DNA of 64,000 nt from Penicillus capitatus (GCA_965649825.1 OZ287694.1:1797197-1861196), one strand, 5' to 3'. Shown: positions 23,319 through 40,800, numbered from the stretch's first letter. Made by a program: numbers and translations. Notes: a model not told the origin generated them from the letters alone.

Positions 23319-26300
23319 TCAGGTCTGCGCTTGATCTGCCTGGGTCGCCAGGAGTTCGTTTTCTGGAGCTGCCTGCCGCAGTGTCTCTGCGAGGTTGCGC
23401 ATTCCCTGCCGGATTTCTTGGACTTGCCTCTCCACGTTCCCCATCCGATCGGCCAGTTTCGATTCGCTTTTTCGCAGCTCCTGTCGGATCATATTCACCA
23501 GTTCAAGGATCTTGCCCTGCCACGTCGCAATTCTGTCGGCTCCAAGCGGCTCTGCTGGCATGAGGAAATGAAAGCATCTCTGCAGTGGCTGGACAGCTAT
23601 CCCTGACGCGTGGTACATGACGGTGGAGCCTTGACCGGCCATGACAGGGGTCTTGATATCCAATAGTCTTCGCATGCACGCTTTTCTGCACAAAGAGAAA
23701 CCCCTGTCACATCATCGCCATCGTCGAAGCGTCTGTATTACATGATCTTCCTGGGAAGGCCGTTCCATCCGTATCCGATGGCGATCAGTTTGGCTCGGCA
23801 CTTGATGAGCTCTGCCTCCTCTGTGAGCTTCACTCTGTCGTACGTATCGCCCAGAATGGAGATGAGCAAGCTCAGCATGACAATGCCGGCAACAATCAGG
23901 TAGCTGTCGAACAGCAACGAGCGAAAGATATCCATATAGTGCCCCGATGACCGAAACAACTAAAACAGCGTCCGATTGAGCGCGCGGCGAAACATGTTCA
24001 CGTGTACTACCTCGGCGTCAAATTCGCCCAGACCTGCGTAGAAGAGTGTTTCGAAGGAGCGCAAGGGCGAGCTGAAGTTGCTCTTGTCATCTACGCCAAA
24101 GATGTCGGCAAAGAGGACGAGGAACGAGAATCCGAATCCGATGATGACCAGAGCGCCTAAGATTCCAAACGCCAGTATGTCCTTAAACACATACTTGATC
24201 ATGGACACGAGTGGGCCAGTTGCGCTCAGGGGTTGCAGATAGAACAGAATCTGGAAGACAGTAATGTAGCCGACAGCGCGAAAAGAAGGCGTTTTCACTT
24301 ACAGTGCTCCAGAAGAACATGCACTCCACGGCAGCAACGACGGCGGCGAACTCATGTCCATAATGCTCTCCAGTGAGGACCACATCCAGAAGCAGACCAG
24401 GGATGGTAAAGAAGGAGACAATCCTAGACATATACAAACAGTCAAGATGCTTTGTAAGAGGGATGGAGGACCTGACCTTGCCGGAGGGATGATGCCAAAT
24501 ATGGTGAGGTATGCAACAAGAAAAACAGTAACGCCGGCGGAAACGCGGATAGCCGGCGGCTCTCTGAAAGATACGCAGTTTTCGATGCAAGCACCCTCGC
24601 TATCCAAATGCTCTTGCAGAACCCGGAGATTCGCAAGACAGACAGAAAAGATCAGAGCTGCCGTCACGTGCAGCACCGTACTGATCAGGAATCTTCTTCT
24701 CAACGAGGTCTGCCAGCGCCACTGAACGAGCGCCCTGATAAAGGCGGCGCTGAAGATGTCCACCGGCACGGTGTCTCGATTGATGCGCTCGATGAAGTTT
24801 CCGTTCCCCTGGTAGACCATCTCTTCGAGGCACACGAACTTGGAGACGGCCATGGCGTGCACTTCGGATTCCCTCTTCTCTAGCTCCTCCTTGAAGGACT
24901 TATCATTGTCTGTCCAGAGGGCTCTGGTCTCTTCGCTGTTCGACGCCGTCCAGCCGGACATCGGCTCCGTGACCATCGCCATCGGTCTCTCCTCCCAGTT
25001 CTTCAGCAGACTGAGTGGGACAGGAAACCGACCGTACTCGAAGCAGAGCTTGTCATCGACGAGGTAGTCGCTGAGGAGCTTTGGAAAGAGCTCCAGCATC
25101 CGGTCCAGGTGAATGGAGAGGATACCGGCCATCTCGCTCACCGTGGTGCAACGCCTCGCGAGCGTCTCCATCACGAACTCGACGCCCTCCCTCGACTCCT
25201 GGATGATGGCCCATCCCAAGAGGTCGCCGCGTTCCCAGCAAAGCGACACCGTGACGCCCTCTTCCGATGCGAAATCCAGCAGTACTGCTGCGCAGTCGTA
25301 TCGCTTTCGCATGACGGTGTGGTGCAGAAGCGTCTGCTGTCCTCTCGGCTGCTCGAACAGAGAAGGTCCAAACTCAGAGATCAACCTGCCGAAGCAACCC
25401 ATCTCTCTGATCTGGTATACTGCTGTGCTCACCTTTTCGTGATGTCTGCGTCGATTTCGATCTCCAGCAGGTCGAACAGAGCGGCGTCCGGAATCGAAAG
25501 CTGTAGATTGTGCAGTATCTGCACGCGCAGAAGATGTAGATGCTCCGTATGCGTGACCCTGTTCCAAGGGGGCTGGGCCGATTGCGCATACCACCACTCG
25601 CCCGTCTTGACAGGCTCTGTCGACGAGATAAACGTATGCTTCTCCCTGGCCACCTTATCTAGAAAGCAATTCCAGTGGATCTCCACGACATCCATCTAGG
25701 CAGCGAACTCACAGGTCACATCGTAGATGACGAGAAGACTTGATCCGTGTTCATTCCTGTGGACCATCACCCTCGAATGGTCGCGATTCATCCACAGCAC
25801 CCATTCAAAATTCGAACCCTGTAGATGGTAGTAGTTACGCACGTAATCCGCAATCATGTCTTCCCTGGCGAGATCCAGGACAAAGGACACCAGTCTGTTC
25901 TTGGAGGAATCCCATCCGACGCTGAGGCTTCTGTTGTCTTCGGAGATGTGGATAAACGAAGCGTCGATGAAGAATCCGACGAAAAACTGGATGCCGCAGG
26001 GATAGTGCAGATAGCCTTCGCTGACGACACGAATGCCGTCCTGTACATCGAACACCAGAAACTCCCAGTCTTCAAAGATGGCGAAGACTTTGGCGGCGTC
26101 CTCTGTCACTTTCATCTTCCTCAGGGGAACGCCGCTCCTCGATTCGATCCACTGGGTGATGGGATCCTCTGCACGCGTTAGGTTCAGTCGTGCGATGAAG
26201 ATGCCGTTGGCGTCGGAGCTGGCGAAGGCAAATGCTGTTTGCGCATCGATCGTGCAGAAGACGCCGAAGCTCTCGCTGGCGGATGTGGTGGTCGTGATCA

Positions 26301-28271
26301 GATCTGGAAAATCGATGGCGTTCCAGCGGAGAAAGCCGGAAGAGGAGGCATCGCTCGGCGTTCCTTTTCGGTAGATGCAGATCTTGACGTGCGTTTCCCA
26401 GAAGACCACGGCGATGTACCGTCCCTTCGGCTCGACGATCACGTGCGAGACATCCGACGCATGGCGGAGGGACTGAAGAAGGCGGCGGGCGCTGGCAAAC
26501 ACACCGGATTCGTTTAGCGATCGGGCCTCCGCCACCATCTGTCTTCGAAAAGCGTAACCGTCTGACATGCTGCGCCCGAAAGCCAAGCGATCGTATCGTT
26601 CCACGAATTGCAGGACTCTCATCGACAGTCCGATGGCGTCGTCGGAGAAATCGTCACCGCCGTCGAGCTCTATCGGTTGTGGCATGGCAAAGATCTGGAT
26701 CTTCTCCCTGCCAGCCACGGCGACAAAACGACCGAGGGGATCGAATTTGATACGTATCTGAGTGAGATCATCTGCAGCGCCGTGATCCATCGTGCCGAGC
26801 TCGCTTCCATCGACGAGGGAGTAAACCACTCCCTGTCGCTTGTCCACATCGCAGAGAAACAGCCGCCGGCCCTCTGGTGAAATGCCATAGGTCTGGCGGC
26901 GGCGAGTGTCGTCTTGTGTCGACGGCGTCGCTGAATGCAGACGCGGTCCGGATAGATCAATCTGCAACTCGACCTCACGTCTTTCTAGATCCATAAGAAC
27001 GAGCTTTGCTTGCCCAGACAGTCGCATTTCGCACAACAACGTCAGTCTGGTATAGGGGAACAGTTCTTCCGTGGACAGCTGGTCGTTGAGACACACTGCC
27101 CTCTTTTCATGCAGCAGGCAGATATCAAGGATGGTGGCGTCTCTCAAGCCGTCGTACTCATCGAGAGGCAGAGACGCGCGAAGGTTTGTCGCGATCGACG
27201 GGCCATCTGTTGACGTGGATGCATCTGAAACGCGTTCTGACTGCTTTTTGACGTCGTAGATGTAAACAGCACGCTCTCCTTGCTCAGCGTCGCTCACTGA
27301 CTCATTCCATGTGATCACAACGGACCCATCGTCTGCCAGTCTGCCGGCGCTTCCTTTGAGCAACGCCACCGGAAGCGTCGCCTGTCGAGAGAAGATCTCG
27401 TAGAAGACGGCGACGCAATGTCGGACGCCGGAGGGTCGCTGCCTCTTTCCTGTCATCAAGAGGGTGTTGGCCTGGAGCTGAACGTGGCCGTAGACGAAAT
27501 CGTGCCCAAGATATTCGCAGAGGGCCACTCTCTTCCATTTCCGTCGCTCTGCTGTCGTCACGGAGAGAACAATACCCCGTCCCGTCACCTCAGCCCCGTG
27601 CACATAGATTTTCTGAGCTCCGTCATCCAAAATGCACCGCGCTGTCACATCATTCGGCAATGTCCAGCCATCGGAGAACTGTGGATGGACGGCGCGATTC
27701 CACCCCTGACGGATGACGCATTGCGCAGACGTCTCGTTTTCGTCCACAACGAAGACAGATTGGGAGAAATCAGCGTAGAATACAATGAACTGCGAGGCGT
27801 GGTCGTCACAGAATCCGAGATCGACGACTCTTCGGTCGTTTCGGATACGCCGACGACACAGCTCACGAAAGCCATCCGTCTCCCAGACCCTATGACATCA
27901 TACCGCATGACACCTCAGTGGTACGTGATCGTGTTTGTTTACCGAAGATCGCCGTGGTCGTGCGTGACAAGACGTGTGGCATCGCTTGAGAAGCAGAAAC
28001 AGCTGTCTTCTCCCAAGACCTCCGAGGAAATCGGTCCAATAACGGCGAGTCGTCTGCTGCCGTTAAGCTGTGTACGGGAAAGGGCGTGCCGTGATGCAGT
28101 GGAAGTGATGTTAAGGCCTGACGGCGCGTCTCCGAGAGTGGTACGTCTTCGCGTGTCGCTCGTGGAGTCTAGAGTGATGCTTGATGAAATGGAAGCCGAC
28201 GAGCGTGCGGAACGATAGGAGAACGGATTCCTCCGACGTTCTTTGCGCGTTAATGGTATGTCCCTTGACAT
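23319..28271 (-). CDS. Large TRP-family cation channel with N-terminal WD40/beta-propeller region and an ankyrin-like segment (~1,500 aa, ~8 exons)
   Basis: Frame-consistent splicing: introns 27890-27942 (phase 2), 25659-25712 (GTGAGT donor, phase 1), 25386-25432 (phase 2), plus four more ~50-nt introns between 24480 and 23690. Propeller blades GDLRVWET, GISPEGRRLF, KFDPLGRFVAV, VEPKGRYIAV; ankyrin-like TLLHHTVMRKRYDCAAVLLDF; channel TGPLVSMIKYVFKDI, FETLFYAGLGEFD, IVMLSLLISILGDTYDRV, TRP-box-like ELIKCRAKLI; terminal coiled coil. Confidence 0.85.
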
Positions 28272-29062
28272 GAAGGCCAGAACGTCGAACACGGATCTGC
28301 GCGTTTTGCCGTTGTCGTACACGACATGTGTGTTGTCAAATCAGTAACTCGTGCGTCACATCAGCGACACAAAGAGAATGATGGATCTGATCAAGACGGC
28401 CTGACGGATTCCTTAAGCGATGCACTTTTCGAGCGATTCAAGCGATTTTGTTAATGATGCGGCAGGAATGGCGAAGCGACGGTTGACGACGACGAGTGAA
28501 GTGATGACGTATCGACACATCTGCAATCGAACAGTGCGACGGAACGGATAGATCGTCGCTGCTGTGGCGGTGCTTGTAGGTAGGAGCGGTCAGATGGATA
28601 GTGGACGGGACAGTGGACCTGCACATAAGGCGAATGGCATCGTCCATGACAAATCCAATCCCGACAACGGACGACATTGACACGTGCTTTGTCGCCGGAT
28701 TAACGACACGTTCAGTGGTTGTGCTCTGTTTGTGCAAAAGAAACAAACAACTGCCGAAACGGCATCATACGCTTCTAACAAGATGTGCGATGCAAGAAAG
28801 CATCTCTGTTGAAACGAGTACAGCTAAGGCAGCACTCGTATCACATTTTGAACAAAAACGCTCTAAACCGCCGCCGCCCGTCCCACTCCGTCTCGCTAAG
28901 TCTTGTCGCGTCATGATAGCGACGTGTCTTTCGAGATGGATGCCGCATTGCGCAGTCAAGTGTTGTCAAAGCAGGTTACATGGAACACGCATTCTGCTTT
29001 GTTCATAAACAAGATCCACACAAAACAGACAGACAATCCTCTCAGTCAATCTCTTTCACCTC

Positions 29063-30216
29063 TCAGTGACTGGGCGCCTACATCACACTCTCGCACACAC
29101 AGCCCCACTCTGTCTCACACTTTACTTGATTGTAGTGGACAGAATCTTTCTTTCCTTTCTTTCCTTTGTTTCGCGCTTTGGCTTCAGCCGCAGCGATCTC
29201 AACGCATTTCTTAGAACTGTTTCGTTTCTTCACAGATTTGCTCTTCTCTAATTTGCTCCTTATCTGGCCAGGAGTCAATGCTGCGCCATCGTCCTCCGCA
29301 GCTTCCTCGGTCACACTTTCCTCAGTGACGGTTTGTGTGATCGTTTCTTCTGTCCCGGCAGTGCTTCTTTTCTCGCGATTCTTCCTATTTTTCTTCTTGC
29401 TCGATGGATCTGCGTTTTTGGCATTCTCGTTGACGTCGATTCCCAGATCGGCCAACTCTCTATCGAGATCCTCCATCTCCTTCTTCTTCAGCTCCTGCAC
29501 ACCCATCCAAACAGAAATCCAGTCTCCTCAGAAGTGTGACCATCTATCCGTCACACCTTTTTCGAGACTTTGCGTTGCGGCTGGACGTGATACTTTTTTC
29601 GGTGTTCCTCCAGCAACGCCAACTCCTCTGCCACCGCACAAACAAACATCACACACTGTACAGTACAATGCTCTGTTGACGCACCCGCCGACGGTTCTGC
29701 CTTAGTTTCTTCCTTCTCTTTCTCTTTCTCTTCCTGTTCCTCATGATCGTCCTCCGGACCCAGCTCCACGCCAAAGTGCGCTTGCAGATCAATCTCCTGC
29801 ATCGCAGCATCGCCTCATGCGATCGCCTCGTCCCGATCCCTACCTCTTCACTTTCGTGGAGGTCTGTTTCAAGACTCTTCCCGTTTGACACATCGGCACT
29901 CATCTACAGTCACATCGCCGACGGTTCTCGACCCATACACGTCTCTCATCTCTCACGTGCACTCCTGGATGTGACCCCCATTCATCATCATCTGCCCAAT
30001 CGCTCACATTGGACGGTCTTTGACCTGGACCCCATGACAGACATCGTATGGGCGTCCCTCTGCAGGTCAAGTCTAACTGAATATCGCCTGTTCAAGGCGC
30101 AGGTTCTGTTCCGTCTTGGCTGCGCCTTTCTTCTTCCTGTCTTTCTCTTCTGGTTTCTTCTTTTTAGCTGTTCTGGCGCTGAGGACTTCAAATGGGTTGT
30201 TCAAGTTCAACTCCAT
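29063..30216 (-). CDS. Conserved uncharacterised Lys/Glu-rich protein of the green lineage (multi-exon)
   Basis: Pieces MELNLNNPFEVL, NVSDWADDEW, RKVSKKELKKKEMEDLDRELADLG, AAAEAKARNKGKKGKKDSVHYNQ resemble a plant family I recall as NVFAAL...SWAD...LSKKERKKKELAELEALLADFG...HYNQ. Exons joined by ~45-55 nt introns. Confidence 0.65.
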
Positions 30217-30398
30217 ATGTGGGACGCCCGCGACGGAGTCTCGAAAAACGTTGACGTCGTCGCTGAAGACACAAAACGACACTGAGAAAACGCGCAAAGC
30301 GGGAATCGATGCGGACGGAACCACAGTCGAGTTGGTAAGCAGTGGTATTTGCTGATAATATGATGTGACGTTTGTGTTGTGGGCGTGACATAAGGTTT

Positions 30399-31120
30399 AT
30401 GGCCTTTGCAGTCCATAGAGTCGCCTGTGCACAAATCGCTGCACATCTGACGAGGACCGTCGTTCGACCGAACAGCAGACGCTGCTTCGTCGTCCGAGCA
30501 GATCCGACAAAGATAGGGGACAACGACTTCGGCGCTCGGGACCCTTTTCCCGAGGAGCTTGCGAGTAACTTCGGCGATAAGGTATCTCACTCTTTTCTCA
30601 CACATTTCGCGAGCGGCGTGGGTCAGGTGATCGGTCCAGCCAACACGGAGCACCTCATCAAGCCGCCAGATCAGATGAAGAACGTCTTGGGACTGCAGGT
30701 TCGCAAATGTGTCCCTTGCGAAGGTATCTCACACTTTTCTCACACATAGATGCGATGCGCTGTTTAGGAGGCATGCCTGCGTTGAGTGAAAAGGAGATTG
30801 ATCTGCTTCGGAATCAGGTTGCCGGTTGGCAAGTGGTGACAGATGCCGACGGGCGTTCCGTCAAGATCCGTTCGGAATGGGACATGCGTGGCTTCTCAGC
30901 CGCTCTGCAGTTTTTCGAACGCATCGGCAAGATCGCCAACGCCGAAGGGCATCATCCAGATCTGCACTTAACGTCTTACAGACACGTCTGTGTGGAGTTG
31001 TCCACGCATGCCGTCAATGGTCTCACGGAGAACGATTTCATCATCGCTGCCAAAATCAACGCAATGGACGTATCGGATTTATTGAAGAAGAAGAAAGGAA
31101 ACAAAAATTATTGGGCTTAG
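30399..31120 (+). CDS. RAF2: RAF2/SDIRIP1-like plastid pterin-4a-carbinolamine dehydratase-family protein
   Basis: Transit-peptide-like N-terminus, then DFGARDPFPEELASNFGDK|VIGPANTEH, KCVPCE, EGHHPDLHL, GLTENDFIIAAKI and C-terminal WA-stop, matching the plant RAF2 pattern. Introns 30582-30626 and 30724-30767. Confidence 0.85.
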
Positions 31121-31636
31121 ATAGAGCAAAGGATGGCGGCGGCGGCGGCAGTGCGGACACAGTACACCAAACTATGAACAGGGCCAATACCAACAACAAT
31201 TGAGATACTGAGTGAGAAATCCTCTTTTTCACGCAGTGAACGAAGTGCCAACTTGTGGTGGCGGTTATTAAGAGTGGTATCCTTTTCACGAGATTCGGCG
31301 TCATGTGTCAACACAAACGATTGAACGAACGAACAAACAAACATTCGCATCTCACAGGGACAGCAACAGGAATGATGTACACAGCAATTTGGAGAAGAAA
31401 TGAAAAAACGCGTGGTGTTGTTTTTTCCAAGCTTCAGAACAGCGAGATGTGTCAACGATCGATGTCTCTGCCCTCCGAATCTTGCGGCAGAGAAGTTGGA
31501 TGTACATCTGAAGTCTTCTTCAGAGCTTCTCGAACTCCTTCCAGTCTGCGGGTGCATGCGTGCATGCCGTCTCAAGATTGTTTGTTGCCAAGAAATCATT
31601 TGAGTTATTATGGTCGTATCGTGTGTGAGAATTCCG

Positions 31637-33835
31637 TCAGCATCGGCGATCTGGAGGCAAAGAAAGAACGTTGATGAGTTGCGGAAAAACCTCGACGGAA
31701 ACGGTCTCGGAAGGGATCACTTCGCCGTCCACCGTCAGCCAGGAGGCACCCTCGATTGGCTCGAACAGCAAAGCTCTTATCTGATATCCACAAGAGTCGG
31801 CAGGCGGCTCAGCGAGGGGCGTCGAGCGAACCTTGCAGACATGGACGTTAGGAAGGGAGAGATGCTCGCCTTTTTGAGATTTGGTTAAGAATCTGTACAT
31901 CGCTCGTCGATTGGATTTCGGTGTTGGTACTTTCATCAGGTGCAGCGCTCCGTCGTTCAACCCAGCCTAGAACGGTGAGAAGAGTGTGATCACTCTTTTG
32001 GAAAGAGTGAGATGGACATGAGGCATGAAACACGAAGTTTTCGAAATGTAAGGGATGTTCAAGGCTGCGAGGAGTCGAATGTCGCAGTCGGGTTCGAGAA
32101 TCCAATTTCCGTGTCCATGCGCACTCTCCGTGCTCTTCTCTGTAAACCACTTCATCACCTGTGGCCCAATGACCTCTGATCACACATCCGCATACGGCCT
32201 CTCACTCTTTTGCCGGAATTTTACTTGATTCGAGCGTCAGGGGTCTGTCTGCACAGGAGTCGGTCTTATGGGGAACTTGTGCATTATCGCTGCCGGAGGG
32301 TGGCGGCGGAGGTGGCGGCGGCACTATTGAAGGACCTCCTGCACCCGAGGCGTCATGGCCTGAGAGATTTGGACGGTTATGAGGGATCAAGAGTGAAAAG
32401 TGTGACCTTCGGGGTGTGTTAAGGATGATCCTTCGTCCTCAGGTAAGTATGCGAGTTTCACTCTGTAGCGTTGCATACGATAGAGTTCACGAATGGCGCC
32501 TATGGTAAAGCGGCAATCTCCCATCCACCGGAGATTCTCACTTTCTATGTCAATGGCAGACAGTGCGCCATACATGATACCCAAAAAACTGTAGCATCTA
32601 CGCGACAAGGTTCTCACTCTTTTGCCTTTGGCTCTGATGTGACGTCTCACTTGTTCCCGTCTTGGTCAACGGAGAGGACATCCATTCTTTGTACATTATG
32701 TTTTGTCATGGCAATCAAAGCTGAATCTATATCCGTGATCTCTGCAGGGCAATCTCGTCAAAAGAGTGAGATCGATGTGTGAGATGACCAAGGGAGGTCG
32801 CGAGAGCGTTTCCCGATCCGATAGGGAAAGGAATAAGCGGAATATGGATACAATCCCTCCAGTCATCACGCCTCAGTAAACCCTGGAAGCTATGTGGAAA
32901 CTGCCTGTGTGGATGGGAGGGATGCTTTACCTCAAGGGCCTCATGTATGGTCCCATCACCCCCCATCAGTGCTATCATCAAGTATTCCCCCAGATTGACC
33001 CTTGTCGCAATAATTTCTTTCCCGTGACCTGTTATCACTCTTTTTTCTATGCGTCAGGCGCCGCCAAAAAGTGTGACCTCTCTCTGTGGTCGATTCGGAG
33101 TCACATCTCCATCCGAGGACATGACGGACGAACGGAAATACTTTTTCGTCGAAGATCTTCTGAGCCCTGAAGTAATAGAGTGAAAAGAGTGAGATCCGTG
33201 TGTACTGACGTACTTCCCCCTTCCTGCTTTTGGATTGATCATAACGAGTATCTTTGGTCGTTCGTTCTGGCTCCTCTGTACTTCATTTCGAGCCAACTGT
33301 CGTATCCCTGTATCGCACGAACATACATCTTACACTCCGACCGCCGCCTTTCTTTTCTCACACCTCTCACTAACCGCGGAGCCCTATCGCCAACCTGAGT
33401 GTCGATGTTCTCCGTGTGACGCAGAACGACCCTAAACGTCACATCACATCACTCTTTTCCTAGCGCCACGTCACATCACCTCCGTTGCGGAGCGCCGCTC
33501 CCTGCCGTCGCTTGATAGTGGATACGAAATTTCGAATGCGAAACAACCTCAGCTCCGATCAGATCCCTAACCCTTAACTACGTCCAGGCATGTCGCAACA
33601 TCCCCTCATTGCTTCGTCCCTTACGCTAACGTCTCTATGTCGGCCAGAGGCGCCACAGCATCTCAGTCGCGTCTCCTACAGGACGCAGCGTATCACGTCT
33701 GTCGATCGATGGCGGCGGGATGACGTGTCCTCTGTTGGGGGTCAGTTGAATTCCTGAATGGGTCATGGTGAACGAGCACGTGTCGCCACGGTACACAACG
33801 GTTTCGGTCAAGGTATCGTTCCGCGCTTCGGCCAT
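31637..33835 (-). CDS. SPHK: Sphingosine / long-chain-base kinase (DAGK catalytic domain), multi-exon
   Basis: All five SK motifs in order: INPKAGRG, GGDGTIHEAL, PIGSGNALATSL, IDIESENLRWMG, TVDGE. Start (MAEARND at 33835) is uncertain. Confidence 0.88.
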
Positions 33836-34118
33836 TGCGACAGGCGCACGTACACACGCAGAGTCGTCGAAAGAGCTGGAACAGGACGTATCGTCGTTGT
33901 CAGACGCTTCACGACAAACAGCCCCGTCAGATGTCACTTCGCTATCGCTCGTGGGAAAGATGAGGTTGAGCGGAGCCGCGAGACGCACGTTGTTTACAGC
34001 GGCGCAGCCAACGGATGCGATTAAGAATATCTGCACGAACAAACACGCGGCGCCGTGTCGAAGCCCCGCGAGCAGCTCTTGCCGTCGTCGAGGTCAGGAA
34101 ACTGCGAAGAAGCGGTGA

Positions 34119-37785
<3,667 letters not shown>

Positions 37786-37874
37786 CGTGATGGGACGTCT
37801 TCTTTTTAATGTAGCGCATACATGGCGCTCAGAATGTTCATTTTGAAATCGAGCGTTTCTGTCACGCGTTTGTC

Positions 37875-40800
37875 ATGGATCGTCCCGACGCCACATCGTC
37901 TTCCGACCATCGCCTCGTCAGCAGCGTCACTCTATCGTGATCTCTCCCACTCAAAAAGTGTGACCACTTAAAGTATTGTGTAGAACGGCGGCGGCTGGGG
38001 TGCATACCGAACGTACCAACAGCGACAGCGACGAGAACAACGTCCGTTGACACGCGACGCATCTTCTTGGCCTATCTATCGCACTCTTGCGTCATCTAGA
38101 ACGACGAGGACGACGGAGAGCCACTCAAGGCGCCGCTCTCTGAGTTCAGCAACGCCGAGCTGTTTGGTATGCCGTACGCTGCCCTTACATGATGTGACGT
38201 TTGGAACACGGTAGAATGCGTGAACAAGAATGCCGCTTCCATTCCATCTGCTGCCAAGGTGCGGTCACTCACCTTGGCGCTCCACGAACCCTCCGCGATG
38301 ACGTGTAGCAATGGATATCGCGTTTTGTTGCGGATCGCTGCGGCGGTTTCGCCGAACTGATGTCGCTTCTCTTGCAAGGCGGCGGTGTGACCTGTCCCAT
38401 CACATTCACGACCCTTAACTCAGCCCAGCTCATCCTTTTCATCCAATCCCTCACGGATCTCTCCTCTGAAGTCAGCCCTCTGCGCAAACGACCACTCTTC
38501 ATGAAGGCACGGCGTGGTCAGTACTTTAGCGATGAGCCCTTCCGAGTGAAGAAAGGACAGAAGAGCTTTCGGCTAAACTATGGTAACATGTGGCAAGCGA
38601 TCGTGCAGGAGACGATCGCCTCTGCGTTGCTCTGGGACGACGCCTTCGTCGAGCTGTTGTCCACCGCCGTCGTTGAACTCTCAAAGTCGACGTCACATCA
38701 TCGACACGTCACATCTCACTCTTTCTGTCCTATCCAGGAGTCCTATTCGTTCCTTGCGCTATGTGGCGTGCTTCGCCGCCTGGAAGATTTCACTCGGCTG
38801 GATCGCAGCCCTGGATGCCAGCTGGGATGGACTCGTCACCGTCCTTCGCCAAATCGAGATCGAGCAAAGAAAGCGCCAGAACAAGGTCGAGCACCTCTCT
38901 GTCCCCTCTCTTACTGAACCGCATCCAGATCACGATCAAAAAGATCGAGAGCTTCCAGAAGACGCAAGAGATGTACAAGCATCGCAGCCATCGGTTACAG
39001 TCGATGCTCGAGAGGCTCTTCAACGGTATCTTCGCCCAACGATACCGCGATGTCTGCGAGCGCGTCCGGGCGATCACGACGGAGGCCATCGGTCAATGGT
39101 GCCTGCAGCTGCCACGCCTCTATCTCTTTGACGAGTATCTTAAGTACATCGCCTGGTCATTGAGTGACAAAGTGTGATCAAATGGATCCTCGCTCCTTGA
39201 GAGGTGGTTCAGGTAGGGGAGGTGCGATGGACGGCGGTGGTGGGTCTGACGAAGCTGTTTGAGAAGATCTCCGATTCGATTGTCCTGTCGGAGTTCCTGG
39301 TTCGATTTCGTGGGCGATTGTGTGAGATGGTGTACGACGTGGATGACAACGTCGCCGTTCCCTGTACGAAGCTTCTGGCGCTGCTCGTGCAGAAGGGCGA
39401 GATTCCGGTGCACGATATCCAGCACGTCTACGAGATCCTGACGGACGATGCTGCAACTATGCGCCACGCTGTGGCCGATTTGGTCTGCGCTCTGCTCAAG
39501 AGCAACGCCAAAGAAAGAGTGAGAAACGCCATTCCAAATTATTTCTCACTCTTTTATCCAGATGTCTTCCGACGGAGATGTCGGCGAGCATGCCGCCGTC
39601 TTCGATGGTCTGATCAACATTCTCTGTACATTAGCCAAGAAACAGGCACGTTGCGAAAAAGTGTGACGTCTTTGACTGCGTCTTGCTGTGCAGAATGGAG
39701 AAAAGTCGTCAGAAGCTGCCGAAACGGAATGCTGGACAGAAGGCAGCGGCCCTTCCGTCGTGACCTTCTCTCTGTCGAGCGATTTCGTCCGAAGCTTCAT
39801 CACGCCACTGTTCGACAAGTGCGCCCACCTTTACGTCACTCCTTTAGGAGACGGTCCATCTCGATGCAGACTGGAGGTGTTAAAGAACTGGCCTCTGCTG
39901 TCAGAGTCCTTGCGCCAGGAGATGGACAAGGGCGTGGACAGCCGTCTCAATCTCATCCTTCAAGTACTGGACACCTGTGTTCAGCTTCTGACAGATGACA
40001 AGCTCCGAGCCACACGAGGAAGACATCGCCGAGTGGAAGCCGATGATAAGATCCGGCAGGAGATGACGCGGCATACCATGGATTCAATGGCACAGTGGAT
40101 CGACGAGTTCCAGATGGACCCAACCAAAGTCAGCCACTCCACGTATCCTGTATGATCATCAGGTGTCGTTTCTAGGCGACGTGTTTGATCCGAATGATCC
40201 GCGGAATGAAGCTGGATCTCTTTGTGCTGCGCTCGGCGACGCCGTCGTTCATCGGGATTCTGGAAAACACGGTCGAAGTGCTATTCAAGCATCACGATAC
40301 GACGATCCTGGAAGAATGCATCTGTACCCTCATCGATCTCGCATCCCGTGCGCCAGAAGAGCTCAGAGTACTAGACACTTCTATCCAGATGCACGCTGCG
40401 TCTAACCGCCGCCGCCGTTTGCTCTTGTGTTTAGAGTCTGGGAAGGGATTACATCAAAGCGACCGGCCAAAGAATAGCGCAAGACGTCGCGGAGGTCCTG
40501 CCGCGCTTCTCTTCGCTTATGTCTTTGGACGAAGGTCGCAATCTCCTCACTGCCTTTTCGGTCACCCTCGAGAGAACCAAGATATTGCTGGTCTCGGATA
40601 ATCAGGGCGCCTTGGATCGGCCCCAGCTGTCCTCGCAGATCGTCGAACTGCTCTCCCTCTGTCAGAGCGACGCAGAACTGGCATGGATCTCAGGGGTCTC
40701 GCTCAGCCAGTGTATGTTCCTCCTTCTCCTCCAAGAACAGGCAGATCATCCGCCGTCGATATCCGATGCCGCGCGTTCTGCCCTGGAGCGCCTCTTGGCG

